Source: Eledone cirrhosa (lineage: Eukaryota). Taken from it: DNA of 64,000 nucleotides. A model generated the notes under the pieces. It was not told the origin of the DNA. It ran no database searches and was given only the letters and a program-made list of their open reading frames with translations. The DNA is taken from contig OZ024743.1 in assembly GCA_964016885.1 (NCBI GenBank), forward strand, positions 3,844,001 to 3,908,000. The letters run 5' to 3'. Numbering within the stretch: the first letter of the stretch is position 1; every line of letters starts with the position of its first letter. Shown here piece by piece: positions 56,705 through 64,000 of this stretch. Both the position numbers and the translations under genes were made by a program.

Positions 56705-57839
56705 CTTACATAAGTAAGCATTCCAACCATCCTGCCAGCATAACCAAGAACCTGGTAAGAAACGTTTCGTTGAGGCTTTCCCGTCTTTCCACCAACGAGC
56801 GTATTTTCAACGACCATTCCACTTATTACAATGAAGCTCTTGCACGAAGTGGATTTGTCGATAAGGTAGCATATACAGAGTACGAAAATAGACCTAGAAG
56901 AAATAGATCCCGTCGCATTTGTTGGTATAACCCACCATATAATATGGAGGTGGCCACACCTTTAGCTAAGATCTTTCTGTCCCTTATTACGAAGCATTTT
57001 CCCCCTACACATAAGTATAGTAAAATGTTTAATAGAAATACTATTAAAATTTCTTACTCTACGACTCCTAACCTTGCACATAACATCACAGCTTCAAATT
57101 TAGCTAAACTACCTAGCCGTAGGAAAACGTGCAACCCTGTAGTTAGTACTAACTGTAATTGTAGGAATCGGGTTGATTGCCCCCTATCCGGGAAATGCCT
57201 CTCTAGTAACATTGTCTACAAATGTAAGGTTGTAACACCCACGTCCCGTAGGGCCTACATAGGGTTAACCGCCAATAGTTTCAAGCAGCGTCTTTACACG
57301 CATACCCATTCTTTTCGTTACCCTCTAAGAAGGAATATGACGTCACTTTCAGCTTATATCTGGAGTCTAAAAGATAACCACACCCAATATAAGTTACACT
57401 GGGAGATCCTAGATAGGGCTAGATCGTATAACGGAAATAAAAGACCATGTGACCTCTGCGCCGCTGAGGCCCTGGAAATACTCTACGCCACAGACCACAT
57501 CTTAAACAAAAAATCTGAGGCAATTTCGGCTTGTAAACATAAATTGCACAAAACTTTCCTGTATTACAGCCCCACGTTATACCCTAACGGATAGTACGAT
57601 CTATACGTGGATATTTTACGTCTTGATGTGGGAGCTAAGTATATGTTTTGTTTATACCATTATTTATTTGCATAGCGAACGTTTCCACGAACCAAAGTAT
57701 CGTCTTCCTGTCTTCCTCCGGTTGCAACGTTTTTTGAAATATCCACTTCTGCGTTTACAGATTGACTTTATTAGTTTCATAAGATCCCGTTAAGGGTGAA
57801 AGCAGCGATTCTTTGCTTAAACTTTAATCTGTTATTTTA

Positions 57840-57845
<6 letters not shown>
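56705..57845 (+). mobile_element. 5'-truncated PLE (RT C-terminal region + intact GIY-YIG), ending aataaa(TA)n
   Basis: ORF 56770-57594: WYNPPY, CNCRNRVDCPL, VYKC...YIG, CDLC. SNHP motif lies just upstream. Flanked by (TA)n. Confidence 0.93.
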
Positions 57846-57903
<58 letters not shown>

Positions 57904-57926
57904 ATATATATGTATGTATGTATATA

Positions 57927-58042
<116 letters not shown>

Positions 58043-58050
58043 TACACACA

Positions 58051-58169
<119 letters not shown>

Positions 58170-58396
58170 GCATCTAGGAAACTGTTTTAAGTCAAACACT
58201 AAACCGGAAACATTTTTTATCGATCCTAAAATAGTTAAAGACCAGGTTTGAACTGAGAGAGTAGAGAAGATGATATAAACCAACCAAATTCATTCCTCTC
58301 TTTCTATCATATAATAGCACCTCCTTCCTATTTAACTAGCTGAACACAATTTACAACTAATTGTATACAGTAGTTAATTTTCAACTCATTACATAC

Positions 58397-58590
58397 AGGG
58401 CGGTGGATTGGCAGTATCGGTAGAGGGTTGGACGCCATGTTTGGCAGCATAGAGTTACGGCCCATTATGATCTGAGTTCAAATCCCGCCGAGGTTAACTT
58501 TGTCTTTCAGCCTTACGGGGTTGATAAAATAAAGTACCACTTTCCCTCCCTCAAAAATTCCTGGCCTTGTGTCTATATAAGAAACCATTA
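58397..58590 (+). mobile_element. Meta-domain-type SINE
   Basis: Same family motif with A and B boxes. Confidence 0.8.
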
Positions 58591-58949
58591 TATACGAAGA
58601 CAATAATTGTGAAACTGAAAAAATTAGCTCATCAACAACATAAAGTACATTTATAATTACACTGGTATACAAAATTGATGCGGTTATAATTGAAAATATT
58701 TGATTTCATTTGAGCAACAGATACTTGATTTTAATTCATATTATAGCTATAATATTTTAACTTTTTCACTCATAATTAAATATATTATTCTGCATTTTAC
58801 TGCACCTGATGTGGATAAATGTCCACTTTATACAGAAAAAAAAATTCAATGCGTTCTATACAAACTAATTTAATTCATTATTCAGTTCATAAAAGTAAAA
58901 CTTCTCTAAAAAAAATGCAACTTCCTTAGCCGGTTATCTTCATGTTTTT

Positions 58950-60447
58950 CTTTCCGAGACGAGTAGTTTTGAGATTAAAGCCTGAAGCGTTTTCATACAA
59001 AATATATTCATACAAATATTTTCAGTTATTGGAAGACATAGAATAATTGAAATTTATGACAGTAGAAATTAAGTCAAAACAGTTATGTGTAATAGCAGAT
59101 TGTTTGTGTAGCAGAAACGGTAGTGATAGCTGAAATGCTCTTTACTCACGCACCTTATTTTCTTACTTCAAAATCTGCTGAATTAACATTTACCTTTCAT
59201 ATCGTCGTAGTCATTAAGTGTTAAAATAAATAAAAATCCTAACGTTTCATTTTTTTTTTTGCCCTTTACCTGAGAGAGATGAAGAGGGATACATTTGTGG
59301 CTTTAGCTGAATTCTCCTCTGGTTTGTCTTAACAATGTAATATGACTTAGCTATTAAGCTTTCTCTGAGCCTATAAACAGCAAAAGATTAATAAGTTTTC
59401 TGAAAATTAAATGTGTATTTATACATCAGTCATTCATTTCTTCGTTGTATATCGAGTTTTGTCGCCCTCATCCATGCAATTCCGAAAAGCAATACAGAAT
59501 AGTTTACGTCCTTATGGGGAAAAGGGTGGTGGAATAATAAATACATTTAAACGCCGGAATAAATGGCTAGCAATATTTAATTACATGAAGGTGGTGGGTT
59601 GACAGAATTGGAAGAGCGTCGGATAAAATGCCATCACAGTATTTCTTCTGGCTCTTTACAATCACATTTTGATTCTTGCCGAGTTTAACTTCGCCTTTGA
59701 TCGTTCTGGAGTGGATAAAATAAAGTACCAGTTAAGTAGTGGTGTTGATTTAATCAACTTTACTCATTTACTGGATGTAGTAGTCATCATTAATGACAAC
59801 CTCTGTTAGAAATGTTATAAGCAGTGATATTTATGATTATGTTGAACAGCTGCAGACAATATATTCGATTATATTGCTGACATCAACATTTGAAGCTAGA
59901 ATGCTTATGCCGTTTTCATAATGTCAGTCTATACGAAAGGTTTTGTACATTGTTAACAGAATGTACAATTAGAATCGTTAAATTTAGCAGTTTCTGAATA
60001 ATGTGTAATGTTTTATAATGATGTTACATAGAATAATCCATAGCGTATTGCTTAAGCAACCGGAGTGTAGGCGGAAAATACTTGTTCTTTTTGACATCAT
60101 CCCATATAAGTCCGAGTCCGTAAATGGTAATCACTGTATAAAACTCCAAGAGTTTATTAATTTGAAATTGTTGTTTATTATATTGAATGAATATTTTTGC
60201 CGATATGCGATATGAAAGGTAAATGTTAATTCATATCGATACGGTGATTTTGAAGTAAGAAAATAAGGTGCATGAGTAAAGAGTATTTCATCGGTTACTA
60301 CTGTTTCTGCTACACAAACAATCTGCTATTACACTGTCATGAATTTCAATTGTTCTATGTCTTCCAATACTTGAAAATATTTGTATTAATACATTTTGTA
60401 TAAAAACGATTTAGGCTTTAGTCTCGAAACTTCTCATGTCAGAAGGA
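58950..60447. repeat. Diverged long inverted repeat (58950-59202 / 60208-60447), possibly the long TIRs of an old DNA element
   Basis: taatagcagattgtttgtgtagcagaaac / gtttctgctacacaaacaatctgctatta; the flanking ~250 bp align with indels. Confidence 0.75.
59588..59760 (+). mobile_element. Diverged Meta-domain-type SINE
   Basis: gccgagtttaacttcgcctttgatc...gataaaataaagtaccag. Confidence 0.65.
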
Positions 60448-62459
60448 ATATCCTGGAGAGAGATAGGTCCCGACAATTTAGAATATTCCCAGGGACATTT
60501 ACATAGAGACAAGGCATGTTACATGTAACTGTAAGCCAATGGGTTATGGTACACATCAAGTGCTTAAAACATTGTTTAATGTCAACTAAAATCTACAAGT
60601 CATTGTTTCAAGTCATTGTTTCAAGCTAAGAAGAATTTCTAAGAAGTAGAAAAACGCAGAGGTATCAAGACAGGAATCGAAATATGTTGTTTATCCACAT
60701 CACTAAACAGAACTATACTACCTAAATTGTGTTTCATATATTCAGTAAAAAATGAGTTCAGCTTCAGACACACTGTTGACATTTTAAGCAATTGTCTTCT
60801 ACTGTAGCCTTAGAGTCGTAGGTAGACCATTTTCTTGTGAGTGAAATTGCTTAGATGAAAATTGTGTGAAAGCCGATCTCTCTCTCTCTCCCCCCTCTCT
60901 CTCTCTTTCTCTCTCTCACACTCGCTATCTCTCTCAAACACACACACACATATTTATATAATCAAATGGCTTCGAATGAACCAGTTCTAGTCCTGTGGAA
61001 GCCATTTCTATATTAAATATTTATACTCTGCTATGTATTGAGTACGTTACTTACTGTGGTTACCCCCGATTATTACCCACACACACACATACATTCATAC
61101 ATACATGTATATTTATATATGTGTATGCGTGTGTATCTGCATGTATGTGTGTGTGGTGTTCTGTAGCTTAGCTATGTGATAACCAGAAACAGATAAAGTA
61201 CATGACGTGAAAATAAACACAAGGAACGATATGGCCTATTACATTCTTTAGGACGGCCCTCCGATACGCTCTTGATCTAAAGAATAAAATTAGTAAAAGA
61301 AAAACAGATTTAATGAATATATGCACACAAAAGTGCACGAACACACATATACTCATAAACTCACATAAACATACATACATACACACATATATACACACAC
61401 AAGATGGAATCCTGCAGAGTCTAAGTTTATTAAGTTGCATATACAAGACGCTTATCAATCTGTGTCTAGAGAAGAAGACACTTTCCAAAGGTGTCTCCTA
61501 GCTGGATCAAACTCCGAAGAATATATGTGCGAATGGAACTCATTATCTCTATAATCAGTATATTCCTTAAATACATACTTCGATATTTCCTTTCATCTTG
61601 TAGCTACTTTATAGTTGTACAATAAAAATTATATAATATAAGTGGTAATAAGAAAATGAAAAAAATGGAGAAGAAAAAGCAGAAAAAGGGAAGATATATT
61701 ATGGAAGGAAATAAAGAGAAAGTGTTGGGAGCGACAGATTCAACACCCCAATCTGAGCGATATGTTTCAGCCGCACCCCAAGGACTAAATGGAGAAAGCA
61801 TGGCTGCAGAGAATGGCTAGCGAAACTCGCAGCAACAGCCAAACTATTTCACGGAGCTCCTTACTCAAGTGGTATTTGGTCAGCTCACACAAGCGGAGGC
61901 TGAAGCGCAGGCCACTTCGATGCAAGTGCACTAATCATTAACAAGGGCACCTGTTGTTATGGAAGCACCGAATAGGGCCATGCACCGCTGATTGACTACG
62001 AATCAAAAAAGAAGCAGGCAAATGGTGTTTGTTTAAGGAAACATCGATCCGCCTAAATGTTGACCTCCGCTTGATATCGTCCCAGTTGCGTTGGATATAT
62101 TAGATGACTGCAAGGCCTTCGTTGCTTCAATTGGTCAGAGGTAACTCCAATTCCCGATCCATTTATGTTTTGATAAACTGCAGAGGGCCTCAATGATGAG
62201 TTGGATATTGTGGATGCATACAGCTCTTGTCCTCTTGAAATCTTTAACTGTAATTTTGAATATTTCTTTAAAAGCTTCAATAATAATTAATATCAACTTA
62301 CACTCACTACCTCAATTATTTTGCTATCCTACCGAATTACTATAATCTGGCATTGACTTATTCTCAATATGTTTAAACAAAATCAGAAATGTTCTGCTGT
62401 ATGCACGTCGTTCAAACCGCCTCTCTCTTTTTTATACATATTCTTTATTATAGCCACGT

Positions 62460-63314
<855 letters not shown>

Positions 63315-63554
63315 AATGAGTAGCACCCCGACGGCTGAGCTCAAGCCGTTTCGACGGCTAATTCTGGACTAAATGAACATTTTTATCCTGGTAAATGAAT
63401 AGCCGAGCTTTTCAGGGGGTAATATTCCATATATGATAAAAGTGATTGTCACAAGGATTGGTCAAAAGTTTGTTGTTGATACACATAATTCTATCATGGC
63501 ATTTTGTGGAAGGAAGGGGTAGCTGAACTTGCCAGTAGAAGAAAGTCCCTAACC

Positions 63555-64000
63555 CGAGTAAACTTCCTGGACGTTACCCTTGACCTCGATAATGATCTGT
63601 ACTACCAATACAGGAAACCAAACGATAACCTGCACTACATCCACCGCCGGTCAAACCATCCTAGAAACATCAACAATAACCTGGTTAAAAAGATATCCCT
63701 CCGCATATCTCGTTTGTCCGCTAATGAGCAGATATTCGACGAACATGCGCCTTATTACAACCAGGCCCTCAGGCGGAGTGGCTTCCGGGAGGAAATATCC
63801 TACTGTCCAGCTTCCATTAGCGGAACCAGCAGGCGACACCGCCGCTCACGCAACGTAATATGGTTCAATCCTCCCCACAACGCCGAGGTGACAAAAAACA
63901 CTTCCCACTACAACACCGCTACCAAAACATAATCAACAAAAATACCATCAAACTCTCCTACAGCACCACACCTAACTTTGCACAAAACATCGTCTCCTCT
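63555..64000 (+). mobile_element. PLE RT C-terminal fragment running to the window edge
   Basis: VNFLDVTLDL...YRKPND...SNHP...WFNPP, homologous to the other PLE ORFs here. Confidence 0.88.

Overview
AT-rich, microsatellite-dense animal DNA. The SINE and repeat content suggests a cephalopod or other mollusc (inference). No host protein-coding gene can be supported. The window is dominated by Penelope-like retroelements (PLEs; RT plus GIY-YIG), mostly truncated, that sit in (TA)n tracts and often form fold-back inverted repeats. It also holds Meta-type and CORE-type SINEs, a non-autonomous RTE derivative, RLE-type LINE remnants, and hAT, mariner and MITE relics. The standout is a ~4.8-kb array of 10+ near-identical 465-bp units (46880-51650). 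Each unit carries an intact minimal type I hammerhead ribozyme on the minus strand inside a highly base-paired monomer, which fits a non-LTR retrozyme / circRNA-producing element. A solo partial monomer with a compensatory stem II change lies in the 3' region of a GIY-YIG PLE at 21.7-22.0 kb and shares the array's endpoint, linking the ribozyme repeat to a candidate mobilising PLE family. Several other PLE-associated repeats carry their own minimal hammerheads. Coordinates were read by eye and may be off by a few bases.
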